Assembly (NCBI GenBank): GCA_032718475.1
Contig: JAUCBJ010000162.1
Coordinates: 25,557 to 89,556, forward strand
Source: Nemertoderma westbladi
Lineage: Eukaryota; Animalia; Xenacoelomorpha
Length of the DNA stretch: 64,000 bases
Reading direction: 5' to 3'
Part shown: one piece after another, positions 23,833-37,239 of the stretch
Position numbering within the stretch: the first letter of the stretch is position 1
Layout of the letters: each line of letters opens with the position of its first letter
The notes under the pieces: generated by a model
What the model was told of the DNA's origin: nothing
Seen by the model: the letters and a program-made list of their open reading frames with translations, nothing else
Database searches by the model: none
Position numbers and translations under genes: made by a program

Positions 23833-25656
23833 CCCAGTAAAAAATCCGCATGCGTAACGCATTCGTGCCACATGCAGCATTCGTAAAAGGTGCGTGCAAT
23901 GTTATTTAAGATTCGTGAAGCCTTCGTCAATGGTTCGTCAGTCCGAATAATTTAACGAATGCGTATAGTATTCGTATCGCATGTGAGATTTCACTTGTAA
24001 ATATATTCGTGGCTCATCATTCGTGGCGCATGCGATACGAATGCTTCCACTCCACACAAAAAATAATTCGTGGTTCATTCGTTCGTGTCACATGCGATAC
24101 GAATGCTTAGCTTAACCACGCCACGCTTAAAATTATTCGTGGTCCATTCGTGACGCATGCGATACGCATACAAAGCACTCTCAATTAGAGTACCGTACAG
24201 ACTGTAATACTGGCCTATCACCATTCGGCAAATAATCGAACATAGTGTTATTAGTTAGTAGCTCTCCCCCTTTGTTACCAGTCAGCCAGTCCCATGTACT
24301 TTTACTATATATTTATTTAATGGGTTGCCCAGTAATTCTTAACTCCCGTTTATTATTTTGGTTCCCCATTATTTTGGTATGTAAACCTGTTCCCTTTACC
24401 AACATGCTTGATATACTGTAATAATGTAAAGGTTATGTACTGTAGGCTAGGTGAGATAAATAATGACAACATAAAACTACTGTATTAACTTAAGGAACTA
24501 CAGTATGTAGGCATACTTATAGTATGTAGGCACTAGGCACCCCCCACCCGTAGTTTTAGCCCCTGTCATCCTGTACAGTAGTACTCATTTCCCAAAGTTA
24601 TTACAGTAGTTTTATGTTGTCATTATTTATCTCACCTGGCATACAGTACAGTACCAATACATATTATAAAGCATGTGGAATTTTTATTAAATTGTACCTG
24701 TTTATGGTGATATTCTCACGCAGTTTCTTAGGCCTCCAGGTCGAATTTGTTTAATTCGCTATAAAACGCCATTAAAAAGTCTACTGATATACTGTAGCAG
24801 TTAATTACCGGTTACTGCTACAGTAGGCCCTACACTTATTAATGGTAAAAAAATCTTACAGACAAAATACATCAAAGGCATACATTTTATGAGATGCATC
24901 AACATAATTTCAATGTTTTTTTTTACTATATTCTAGAATATTAATTCGCTTTTTTTCGATAATAAGTAATAAAATATATATACTGTATAATAATAATACA
25001 AATATATATAATAATAAAATAATATAATAATAAAATAATATAATAATAAAATATCATAAAAAATAATAAACCATCAATAATAATTAATAAGATTAATTAA
25101 AAGCTTGAAATTAATATTCTAGATAATAAAATCATCAGAACTATAACGATTTACGTCTGAAATTGCGTGCTCTTGAATTATATCTGAACATTTTTTTGGG
25201 GAAATTGAAAATGGCTTTCATATTCGATTCGGAATATCAAGTATATTCAAAAAAATAAAATAAAATGGACACGTTTTAACAGTTGTAAACTGTTAAAACT
25301 ATGTAAACTGTAGCGAAATAATAAAAAAAAATAAAAATCCTGCGGTAAACATTCGTATAACACTCGTAAAACATTCGTAACGCATTCGTATAGCGTGGGA
25401 AACATTCGTATATAACATGCGGGACGCATTCGTATAGTGTGCGGGAAACATTCGTATAAGATTAGGGACGCATTCGTAGAATGTGCGGGATTCGAATAAG
25501 GTTCGTATTACATTCGATATGCGAATAAAGGATGCGTATTTGGTTCGGTTTTCGCATTCGTATCGCATGGTTCATCTATGTAACATTTCAGAATGCGTTA
25601 CGAATGCGTGAAATATGCGCCATCCCATGCGTTACGAATGCGGATTTTTTACTGGG
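23833..25656. mobile_element. Non-autonomous DNA transposon, CMC/EnSpm-like
   Basis: About 30-bp TIR CCCAGTAAAAAATCCGCAT(G/T)CGTAACGCAT, flanked by TA on both sides. Dense subterminal ATTCGT/ACGAAT motifs at both ends. No transposase ORF. Confidence 0.8.
24437..24649. repeat. Inverted repeat (about 55-bp arms) inside the CMC-like element
   Basis: gtactgta..ggtgagataaataatgacaacataaaactactgta at 24437-24491 and its reverse complement at 24595-24649. Confidence 0.75.
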
Positions 25657-26100
25657 TAAGTTAAATAAACTTAATCCATTATTATACTAAATTTAAATTT
25701 AATACAGGTATTTGTTTAAATCCTAAGCTGTAGCCAATGACAATTAGCCACCTGTACCCAACGACCCCACCTTTTCCCATTTTATGCAAATTTAACGATT
25801 TTGAAAGAAATGTGTAATAGATATTGTCTGGTCTCCAATTTTTCCTCTGGGTGAGTCGAAATTTTAATTTTTTTAAAAGATCTCTAGGCCCCAAATCGGG
25901 GCAAATTATATATTTATTAATAGTTAACAATAAACAAGAATAAAGTTTATCACAAGAAACATAGAAAGGTAAGAATATCATAAAGACTGGTTAAGTATCC
26001 TAGAGTCTACAACACGTATATTTTTCATATTCTAGTAGATACCCAATAAAGCAGGTTGATACTGTTTAATAAATATATATTTATGTTCTGCGGATTTCAG

Positions 26101-26332
26101 GTGGAGAAATGGCAGCATCGTCTGGAGGAACGCATGGATCTACTCCAGGCCACTGTACAATCGAAGACGGCTGTTCCAACAGCTCAGGTTTACCCTCAGT
26201 TTATAGATCTCGCACAGGTCTGGGTGGGTCTACAGGAAGAAATGGTAGTTCTTAGTGTACTCAGCAGTATATCCACCAGTCTAGAACAATTCACGAGGAA
26301 TCAAAGGGAAATATTCCCTAATGAGATGCTAG
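26101..26332 (+). CDS. CFAP206: CFAP206 internal exon E
   Basis: atttcag|GTG GAG...CTA G|gttgg. Contains TVQSKTAVPTAQVYPQFIDLAQVWVGLQEE (cf. TIKSKTAVPTSQVFPIFIALSTLWTSLQDE). Phase 0 to 1. Confidence 0.92.
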
Positions 26333-26404
26333 GTTGGTACTGTGTTGCATACAGCTTCGCAAAGTATTCTTTATGAAAGGTATAGATAGTAAAGGACTAA
26401 AGGG

Positions 26405-27356
26405 CAGGGACAGGATACGATACGATACGATACGAAAATACGATACGATACGAACCAATTTATCACGATATGATACGATACGAATGCAATTTAGAGAAAA
26501 TACGATACGATACGAAAAATCTAAGATACGATACGAAATACGAAAATAGTTTCGTATTTTTTTCGTATCGTATTATACCTAAGAATATAACTTTACCTAA
26601 AGATAAAAAAACATAATGGTATATTTGTATCACACTAGAAAATCAAATAAATCTCTTTATAATAGGCATTTTTTTTTATTTAATTGTTCCAGTATGCTTG
26701 TCGCAGCAATAGTGTGTCTACTGGCTATATCATCCATAAGGACGTTATGCAACATGGCAAAATAGTAGGCGTTACCATGTTACTATGCCACTTTATGCAT
26801 ACTGTACTACCGTTATTTATGGAACAATTTTGAATTTGATGTACCAATATTATGGAATAAAGTTAAACTAATACCAGAATAAAACCCTGCTTTATTTCTA
26901 TTATTCTCTCATTATAATGCCTTATCATAACATCATTGCCTTGTAAGCGCGATTAGAGTTATCCTCACAAGTTTTTTTTCAAACTGAAATTAGATTCTAT
27001 TTCTGTGATCTTTTTATCTTTATTCTACAGTTAATTATTACAAATGTGATTAACGATCTTCCTGTCTTACACAGTTTATTACATAATTAAACTGTAAGCT
27101 GTTACGTAATTTATACACCAATTTTGAGGAAAAAATGTAAATAAATAAGTGGTGTGATCTCTGGATGACTGTTAAAAATATTAATATTTACAAAATAATA
27201 AGATACGAAAATACGATACGAAATACGAGCAATATTTATTCGTATTTTACGATACGAAGTCAATTTTTATGATATGATACGAGATTCGATACGAATAAAA
27301 TACTGCGATACGAAATACGAAAATCCGTTTTCGTATCGTATCGTATCCTGTCCCTG
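26405..27356. mobile_element. Non-autonomous hAT-like element (MITE)
   Basis: TIR CAGGGACAGGATACGATACGATACGA at both ends, 8-bp TSD ctaaaggg/gtaaaggg (7/8 match), subterminal (GATAC)n arrays. Confidence 0.85.
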
Positions 27357-28529
27357 GTAAAGGGGAAGCATGATCTTGGACCAAAGCGAAAGAGGCCTCT
27401 TTAAACAATTTTTTTTTTAACTTTTTCCATAATATTACTTAAACACCTGTCCAAAATTCATATTCAAGGGAGATTTCAATTTGCAATTTCTTTTAGGAAC
27501 TTTCCCATTTTCACCTTTATTGTTTTCTCCTGATTTATCCTTCTCCCCTATTTTTAGTAGATGAAGGGGCTTCATTCATTTCTGTAGTGGCTGGTGCATT
27601 ATCAGCATTCGATATATTGTACGGCACTTTTATAGGCCTGTAGATTGAAATTGAAACTTTTATATCAATGATCCTACACCCTAGCAGGCGTAAGTTGTAC
27701 CTGTATCACAACTTTGTTTAATCTCTGAAATTGAATTTAAATGACTAGAATTGTAACAATTCCCTTATCTACAGTATTAAGGGGGGGGGGGGGGGGGGGG
27801 GTGGTGTACTGGCTTGGAAGTCAACATTTTGAAATGCTTACTGCACCAAAGAGCGATTCTGTAGGAAAAAAGTGTAAGATACATTTTGGGTGGATTATAT
27901 TGAATTGTAATATTAAAAAATTACGTTTGACGCCCCTTAGCGGCCAGAGCCAAAATTTACATTTTTGACTTAAAATGCATCTCCTTTTTTATGCTTTATT
28001 TTCAGAAGTTGTATCATTTGTTTGGAATTAGCAAGGTCGATTACGTGAAAAAATTGAGCATAATTTTTGTTTCGTAATTTTAAGGGAAAATACCTATAAA
28101 TAAACTATACGAACACACCGTTGCAAAATTTATGTACGATATCAACTCTGAAACAATAAGACCTTCTTCAACTCTTGGTAAACTTTTCACTAAACAATCT
28201 ACTGTACACAACTACTATACTCGTTCTTCTGCACGTGGCGACTTCACTTTACCCCTTTTTCATCTTAGTTTTTCCTAACGATCCTTGAGTTTTCGAGGTC
28301 CTGTTTTTTGGAACTCGGTACCACTCGCCGTTTGTTTAGAACAATCTAAAAATACATTCTCATCTGCACTTATAAGGTCTTTCATTTCAAATTTATTATA
28401 ATCCTGTCAGCTCGGTCAATAATTAATACCTTACCTTATTTCTATTCTTTCAATGGTTATTGTCTGTTGTGGGGGTTTTCATGGTCGCTGATTTCATTTC
28501 TGAGGTCAGATTACTCTTTTAATGAAATC

Positions 28530-28900
28530 TAGTTAGTCAGTTTGTCTGTCTGTCGGTCTTTCTGACTATCCGACAATCTGTCCGTTAAATAAAGGAAAAG
28601 GGCACCACATCTAGCTAAAAGTTTAGTTATTGGGGTTTTTCTGGGCGCAGAATTCATTTCGAGTGTCAGATTTAAAATTTTATGACTTCCAAGTTGTCTG
28701 TTTGTCTGTCTGTCAGGCTGTCGGTTATATTTTGACGGACAGACTGTCAGGCATACAGACAGAAAATACGAGTATGTTTTCTATCGTTTGGGAGAACAGA
28801 CTGACAGACAGACCGACAGTAAAACGGACAGACAGCCATATCTCGAGAAATAAGACAGATTTGGCTAAACGGTTTTCATATTTGGATTCTAGATAAACAT
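28530..28900. repeat. Probable MITE-like relic with internal inverted GTCT/AGAC repeats
   Basis: tgtctgtctgtc...tctgtccgttaaat versus attttgacggacagactgtc...gacagacagac. Termini not identified. Confidence 0.35.
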
Positions 28901-30115
28901 CTGCTGTAGATGAAATAGAAAAAATGTTGAGAGCCTTCCCTTACTTTATGAGTTTTATGGTTCCTTTTTCCCTTACTTTATGAGTTTTATGGTTCCTTTT
29001 CGCCTTTTTTGCTGAAATAATAAGGTTCCTTTTCACAAAATTTGCCGCTGGGAGGACTGTAACAATCACTTTCTCAAGCTCGAGTTATGTAAGTAAATAC
29101 GCCAAAAACGTTAAAAATTGGTCCGTGATCTCATGAATAAAATAGTTTGTTCATAGCTAAAAGTTTTTCAGCGGTATAAATAGCTAATGTGAGGCCTAAA
29201 ACGTTCCTCTTTAGGCCATGATTGGTGTAGGCCTACAGACAATTCCGACTCATCAAATTTTTATAAAAATATTTATGATTGTTTGTAGGAATTTCCGAGT
29301 CAGAACTGTCCGTGCGGAATTGTCATGATTGTAGTACTTATTGTGTAAATTATGATGAGCCGATCGAGCCGGAATACCGCGCGGAAAATGAACATCGGAA
29401 GTTTCCTATATGTCAACTGAAAAGTCTCCTTCATTTGCCTCGTTGCGTTCGTTCGTTTTTAACCAAACGACAGAAGACGACGACAGACAACTCGTTAATG
29501 GCACCCATATGCTAAGGCTTCGCTTACTTCGTGGCTCGCCCCACAATGCAATACTCCGTCTTCATTCATAAAATTATATTAATTACATTACATTAATACA
29601 TTACAGTAATATAATTTTGAATAGTATTGTTAGTCGTAGTATTGTTCCACGAAGTAGTTGTTAAGCTATATGCACTACAAAGTGATTCCACAGAAAATTA
29701 AATGTAATATTTTATTAAAATTGGTAGATTAGGGTCTGCTGATATTGATGTATCAGACAGTGTTTGTGCTAGGTTGTACATATAAGGGGAGAAACTGGAC
29801 GCAATAAAAATTAATCCCTCTCCAGGGGAAATTCGACGCTAATAACTACTGATTAATCTCAAAAATAAAACTGTAACCTGTTCTATTGTGTTTAGTTTAT
29901 TGTTTTGGTTAAAATAACGTGCCACTACAATCTGCCCCTTTCCCTAAATTGAGAATTTAACATTGAGGCGGGATATTAATTCGCCAAGATGAGATTTGCG
30001 TCCAGCTGTTTTTTATTCAATAAATATTCTCAATGACTGAGTAAATGCAAATTATATAATATACATAACATTATAAAGAAAAAATAAATAATACAGTTGT
30101 TTACTTTTCCTACAG

Positions 30116-30302
30116 ACTCGTATCTGGATGGTGTGGATGTTGTTACAGACGAGGACAGACGTAAATCAACCGACGGTAAACCAATAGACCCCACAATGTA
30201 CCGCGAAACTGAGTGGATATTCCCGGATTCAACTAAAAACTTCGCCAACCTGCAAATGCAGTACAGTGGCTACTGTGGTTGGAGTCTCGTTCAATATGAC
30301 AG
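30116..30302 (+). CDS. CFAP206: CFAP206 internal exon F
   Basis: ttcctacag|AC TCG...GAC AG|gtaaat. Contains EWIFPDSTKNFANLQMQYSGYCGWS (cf. EWLFPETTANFDKLLIQYRGFCAYT). Phase 1 to 2. Confidence 0.92.
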
Positions 30303-30311
30303 GTAAATAAC

Positions 30312-33300
30312 TCAACTATTGGAGGGTTTGTTTATTGTTTAGATTACTAGTTCCTGGCAACCCAACTATTACAGTGTTTGTTTATTGTTTAGATTACTAG
30401 TTCCTGGCAACCCAACTATTAGAGTGTTTGTTTACTGTTTAGATTACTAGTTCGTTGCAACCCAACCATTAGAGTGTTTGTTTACTGTTTAGATTACTAG
30501 TTCCTGGCAACCCAGCTATTAGAGTGTTTGTTTATTGTTTAGATTACTAGTTCCTGGCAACCCTTCTATCGGAGTGTTTGTTTACTGTTTAGATTACTAT
30601 TGGCAACCCAACTATTAGTGTTTGTTTACTGTTTAGATTACTAGTTCCTGGCAACCCAACTATTAGAGTGTTTGTTTATTGTTTAGATTACTAGTTCCTG
30701 GCAAAACAACTATTACAGTGTTTGTTTATTGTTTAGATTACTAGTTCCTGGCAACCCAACTATTAGAGTGTTTGTTTACTGTTTAGATTACTAGTTCGTT
30801 GCAACCCAACTATTAGAGTGTTTGTTTACTGTATAGATTACTAGTTCCTGGCAACCCAACTATTAGAGTGTTTGTTTATTGTTTAGATTACTAGTTCCTG
30901 GCAACCCTTCTATCGGAGTGTTTGTTTACTGTTTAGATTACTAGTTCTTGGCAACCCAATTATTAGTGTTTGTTTACTGTTTAGATTACTAGTTCCTGGC
31001 AACCCAGCTATTAGAGTGTTTGTTTATTGTTCTAGATTACTAGTTCCTGGCAACCCAACTATTAGAGTGTTTGTTTATTGTTTAGATTACTAGTTCCTGG
31101 CAACCCAACTATTAGAGTGTTTGTTTATTGTTTAGATTACTAGTTCGTTGCAACCCAACTATTAGAGTGTTTGTTTACTGTTTAGATTACTAGTTCCTGG
31201 CAACCCAGCTATTAGAGTGTTTGTTTATTGTTTAGATTACTAGTTCCTGGCAACCCAACTATTAGAGTGTTTGTTTATTGTTTAGATTACTAGTTCCTGG
31301 CAACCCAGATATTAGAGTGTTTTTTTATTGTTTAGATTACTAGTTCCTGGCAACCCAACTATTACAGTGTTTGTTTATTGTTTAGATTACTAGTTCCTGG
31401 CAACCCAGCTATTACAGTGTTTGTTTATTGTTTAGATTACTAGTTCCTGGCAACCCAACTATTACAGTGTTTGTTTATTGTTTAGATTACTAGTTCCTGG
31501 CAACCCAACTATTAGAGTGTTTGTTTATTGTTTAGATTACTAGTTCCTGGCAACCCAGCTATTAGAGTGTTTTTTTATTGTTTAGATTACTAGTTCCTGG
31601 CAACCCAGCTATTAGAGTGTTTGTTTATTGTTTAGATTACTAGTTCCTGGCAACCCAACTATTAGAGTGTTTGTTTATTGTTTAGATTACTAGTTCCTGG
31701 CAACCCAGCTATTAGAGTGTTTGTTTATTGTTTAGATTACTAGTTCCTGGCAAAACAACTATTACAGTGTTTGTTTATTGTTTAGATTACTAGTTCCTGG
31801 CAACCCAACTATTAGAGTGTTTGTTTACTGTTTAGATTACTAGTTCGTTGCAACCCAACTATTAGAGTGTTTGTTTACTGTATAGATTACTATTTCCTGG
31901 CAACCCAACTATTAGAGTGTTTGTTTATTGTTTAGATTACTAGTTCCTGGCAAAACAACTATTACAGTGTTTGTTTATTGTTTAGATTACTAGTTCCTGG
32001 CAACCCAACTATTAGAGTGTTTGTTTACTGTTTAGATTACTAGTTCGTTGCAACCCAACTATTAGAGTGTTTGTTTACTGTATAGATTACTAGTTCCTGG
32101 CAACCCAACTATTAGAGTGTTTGTTTATTGTTTAGATTACTAGTTCCTGGCAACCCTTCTATCGGAGTGTTTGTTTACTGTTTAGATTACTAGTTGTTGG
32201 CAACCCAATTATTAGTGTTTGTTTACTGTTTAGATTACTAGTTCCTGGCAACCCAGCTATTAGAGTGTTTGTTTATTGTTCTAGATTACTAGTTCCTGGC
32301 AACCCAACTATTAGAGTGTTTGTTTATTGTTTAGATTACTAGTTCCTGGCAACCCAACTATTAGAGTGTTTGTTTATTGTTTAGATTACTAGTTCGTTGC
32401 AACCCAACTATTAGAGTGTTTGTTTACTGTTTAGATTACTAGTTCCTGGCAACCCAGCTATTAGAGTGTTTGTTTATTGTTTAGATTACTAGTTCCTGGC
32501 AACCCAACTATTAGAGTGTTTGTTTATTGTTTAGATTACTAGTTCCTGGCAACCCAGCTATTAGAGTGTTTTTTTATTGTTTATATTACTAGTTCCTGGC
32601 AACCCAACTATTAGAGTGTTTGTTTATTGTTTAGATTACTAGTTCCTGGCAAAACTACTATTACAGTGTTTGTTTATTGTTTAGATTACTAGTTCCTGGC
32701 AACCCAACTATTAGAGTGTTTGTTTACTGTTTAGATTACTAGTTCGTTGCAACCCAACTATTAGAGTGTTTGTTTACTGTATAGATTACTAGTTCCTGGC
32801 AACCCAACTATTAGAGTGTTTGTTTATTGTTTAGATTACTAGTTCCTGGCAACCCTTCTATCGGAGTGTTTGTTTACTGTTTAGATTACTAGTTCTTGGC
32901 AACCCAATTATTAGTGTTTGTTTACTGTTTAGATTACTAGTTCCTGGCAACCCAGCTATTAGAGTGTTTGTTTATTGTTTAGATTACTAGTTCCTGGCAA
33001 CCCAACTATTAGAGTGTTTGTTTATTGTTTAGATTACTAGTTCCTGGCAACCCAACTATTAGAGTGTTTGTTTATTGTTTAGATTACTAGTTCGTTGCAA
33101 CCCAACTATTAGAGTGTTTGTTTATTGTTTAGATTACTAGTTCCTGGCAACCCAGCTATTAGAGTGTTTTTTTATTGTTTAGATTACTAGTTCCTGGCAA
33201 CCCAACTATTAGAGTGTTTGTTTATTGTTTAGATTACTAGTTCGTTGCAACCCAACTATTACAGTGTTTGTTTATTGTTTAGATTACTAGTTCCTGGCAA

Positions 33301-36300
33301 CCCAACTATTAGAGTGTTTGTTTTCTGTTTAGATTACTAGTTCCTGGCAACCCAACTATTAGAGTGTTTGTTTTCTGTTTAGATTACTAGTTCCTGGCAA
33401 CCCAACTATTAGAGTGTTTGTTTATTGTTTAGATTACTAGTTCGTTGCAACCCAACTATTAGAGTGTTTGTTTACTGTTTAGATTACTAGTTCCTGGCAA
33501 CCCTTCTATCGGAGTGTTTGTTTACTGTTTAGATTACTAGTTGTTGGCAACCCAATTATTAGTGTTTGTTTACTGTTTAGATTACTAGTTCCTGGCAACC
33601 CAGCTATTAGAGTGTTTGTTTATTGTTCTAGATTACTAGTTCCTGGCAACCCAACTATTAGAGTGTTTGTTTATTGTTTAGATTACTAGTTCCTGGCAAC
33701 CCAACTATTAGAGTGTTTGTTTATTGTTTAGATTACTAGTTCGTTGCAACCCAACTATTAGAGTGTTTGTTTACTGTTTAGATTACTAGTTCCTGGCAAC
33801 CCAGCTATTAGAGTGTTTGTTTATTGTTTAGATTACTAGTTCCTGGCAACCCAACTATTAGAGTGTTTGTTTATTGTTTAGATTACTAGTTCCTGGCAAC
33901 CCAGCTATTAGAGTGTTTTTTTATTGTTTATATTACTAGTTCCTGGCAACCCAACTATTAGAGTGTTTGTTTATTGTTTAGATTACTAGTTCCTGGCAAA
34001 ACAACTATTACAGTGTTTGTTTATTGTTTAGATTACTAGTTCCTGGCAACCCAACTATTAGAGTGTTTGTTTACTGTTTAGATTACTAGTTCGTTGCAAC
34101 CCAACTATTAGAGTGTTTGTTTACTGTATAGATTACTAGTTCCTGGCAACCCAACTATTAGAGTGTTTGTTTATTGTTTAGATTACTAGTTCCTGGCAAC
34201 CCTTCTATCGGAGTGTTTGTTTACTGTTTAGATTACTAGTTCTTGGCAACCCAATTATTAGTGTTTGTTTACTGTTTAGATTACTAGTTCCTGGCAACCC
34301 AGCTATTAGAGTGTTTGTTTATTGTTTAGATTACTAGTTCCTGGCAACCCAACTATTAGAGTGTTTGTTTATTGTTTAGATTACTAGTTCCTGGCAACCC
34401 AACTATTAGAGTGTTTGTTTATTGTTTAGATTACTAGTTCGTTGCAACCCAACTATTAGAGTGTTTGTTTATTGTTTAGATTACTAGTTCCTGGCAACCC
34501 AGCTATTAGAGTGTTTTTTTATTGTTTAGATTACTAGTTCCTGGCAACCCAACTATTAGAGTGTTTGTTTATTGTTTAGATTACTAGTTCGTTGCAACCC
34601 AACTATTACAGTGTTTGTTTATTGTTTAGATTACTAGTTCCTGGCAACCCAACTATTAGAGTGTTTGTTTTCTGTTTAGATTACTAGTTCCTGGCAACCC
34701 AACTATTAGAGTGTTTGTTTTCTGTTTAGATTACTAGTTCCTGGCAACCCAACTATTAGAGTGTTTGTTTATTGTTTAGATTACTAGTTCGTTGCAACCC
34801 AACTATTAGAGTGTTTGTTTACTGTTTAGATTACTAGTTCCTGGCAACCCAGCTATTAGAGTGTTTGTTTATTGTTTAGATTACTAGTTCGTTGCAACCC
34901 AACTATTAGAGTGTTTGTTTTCTGTTTAGATTACTAGTTCGTTGCAACCCAACTATTAGAGTGTTTGTTTATTGTTTAGATTACTAGTTCCTGGCAACCC
35001 AACTATTAGAGTGTTTGTTTATTGTTTAGATTACTAGTTCCTGGCAACCCAACTATTAGAGTGTTTGTTTATTGTTTAGATTACTAGTTCGTTGCAACCC
35101 AACTATTAGAGTGTTTGTTTATTGTTTAGATTACTAGTTCCTGGCAACCCAACTATTAGAGTGTTTGTTTATTGTTTAGATTACTAGTTCGTTGCAACCC
35201 AACTATTAGAGTGTTTGTTTTCTGTTTAGATTACTAGTTCGTTGCAACCCAACTATTAGAGTGTTTGTTTTCTGTTTAGATTACTAGTTCGTTGCAACCC
35301 AACTATTAGAGTGTTTGTTTTCTGTTTAGATTACTAGTTCGTTGCAACCCAACTATTAGAGTGTTTGTTTATTGTTTAGATTACTAGTTCGTTGCAACCC
35401 AACTATTAGAGTGTTTGTTTATTGTATAGATTACTAGTTCCTGGCAACCCAACTATTAGAGTGTTTGTTTTCTGTTTAGATTACTAGTTCGTTGCAACCC
35501 AACTATTAGAGTGTTTGTTTATTGTTTAGATTACTAGTTCCTGGCAACCCAACTATTAGAGTGTTTGTTTATTGTTTAGATTACTAGTTCGTTGCAACCC
35601 AACTATTAGAGTGTTTGTTTACTGTTTAGATTATTAGTTCCTGGCAACCCAGCTATTAGAGTGTTTGTTTTCTGTTTAGATTACTAGTTCCTGGCAACCC
35701 AACTATTAGAGTGTTTGTTTATTGTTTAGATTACTAGTTCCTGGCAACCCAACTATTAGAGTGTTTGTTTACTGTTTAGATTACTAGTTCGTTGCAACCC
35801 AACTATTAGAGTGTTTGTTTATTGTTTAGATTACTAGTTCCTTGCAACCCAACTATTAGAGTGTTTGTTTATTGTTTAGATTACTAGTTCCTGGCAACCT
35901 AACTATTACAGTGTTTGTTTATTGTTTAGATTACTAGTTCCTGGCAACCCAACTATTAGAGTGTTTGTTTACTGTTTAGATTACTAGTTCCTGGCAACCC
36001 AACTATTAGAGTGTTTGTTTATTGTTTAGATTACTAGTTCCTGGCAACCCTTCTATCGGAGTGTTTGTTTATTGTTTAGATTACTAGTTCCTGGTGTTTA
36101 GATTACTAGTTCCTGGCAACCCAACTATTAGAGTGTTTGTTTTCTGTAAAGATTACTAGTTCCTGGCAACCGAACTATTAGAGTGTTTGTTTACTGTTTA
36201 GATTACTAGTTCCTGGCAACCCAACTATTAGCGTGTTTGTTTATTGTTTAGATTACTAGTTCCTGGCAACCCAATTATTACAGTGTTTGTTTATTGTTTG

Positions 36301-36618
36301 GTTTACTACAGTAGTTCCTGGCAACCCAACTATTAGAGTGTTTGTTTACTGTTTAGATTACTAGTTCCTGGCAACCCTTCTATCGGAGTGTTTGTTTATT
36401 GTTTAGATTACTAGTTCCTGGCAACCCAACTATTAGAGTGTTTGTTTTCTGTTTAGATTACTAGTTCCTGGCAACCCAACTATTAGAGTGTTTGTTTATT
36501 GTTTAGATTACTAGTTCCTGGCAACCCAACTATTAGAGTGTTTGTTTATTGTTTAGATTAGTAGTTCCTGGCAACCCAAATATTAGAGTGTTTGTTTATT
36601 GTTTAGATTAGTAGTTCC
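30312..36618 (+). repeat. 50-bp tandem array of the CFAP206 exon-G acceptor junction, left arm (about 125 copies)
   Basis: Unit gtgtttgtttattgtttag|ATTACTAGTTCCTGGCAACCC(aactattaga/ttctatcgga). Begins about 10 nt after the exon-F donor. Confidence 0.97.
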
Positions 36619-37159
36619 TGTTAGCTTATTCAATCCCGCCAACACCCCATAAAGTTATAAGCCGATAAGCAATATTGGGAGCCACGAGATTGGGCAATTA
36701 ACCAACTCGTGCCATCCCAATAAGAGTGGGAAGGAAGCACACAATAGAGGGTCAGGGGCCAAACCCCTAACCCAGGGAGAACAAGTGGAGTGAACGGGAA
36801 TACTCCACGGGGCGCCAACAAGGGTATTAACCAATCAGAGGGGGGGAATGGCATCGATTGAGTAGCAGTAAGGCCACCGTGCAATATAACCAATAACCTA
36901 TTAATCAGTGATTCAGTTACCTCAGTGCAGCAGTGCTAGCGTAGGGTACAGTCAATTAGTTTAGTTAGGGGATCACGGGACTTTAGTTACCGTATCCCGC
37001 CTTGTACACATTATATCTATATCTATATCCTATGCCCTATTATTATTATACACCGAACTTCAGAACTCAGTTACTTTATTTCACCCTTATACACGGCGGG
37101 GACGCGTGGACTAAATTACCACATCGGATAAATCGGGATCCCTCCTGGATCCCGTCACA
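36619..37159 (+). repeat. 5' LTR (541 bp)
   Basis: TGTTAG...TCACA. I see only 2 substitutions versus the 3' LTR (acaAg/acaGg; agttaC/agttaT). TATAA near 36885 and TCAGT initiator-like motifs near 36905-36926. Confidence 0.97.
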
Positions 37160-37239
37160 GTAACTAAATCCGAGCTGCCGCCCCAGTTGAACTCTAAGAA
37201 CTACACTGCTAGCTAGCCGAACTCCACCGACAAGACGAG

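Noticed and set aside
27781-27801. Long poly-G runs (also about 17848-17862)
   Set aside because: Simple homopolymers; G-quadruplex potential only, with no supporting context.
36630-36893. 87-aa - strand ORF, duplicated at 50297-50560
   Set aside because: Duplicated only because it lies in the LTR; no recognisable motif.
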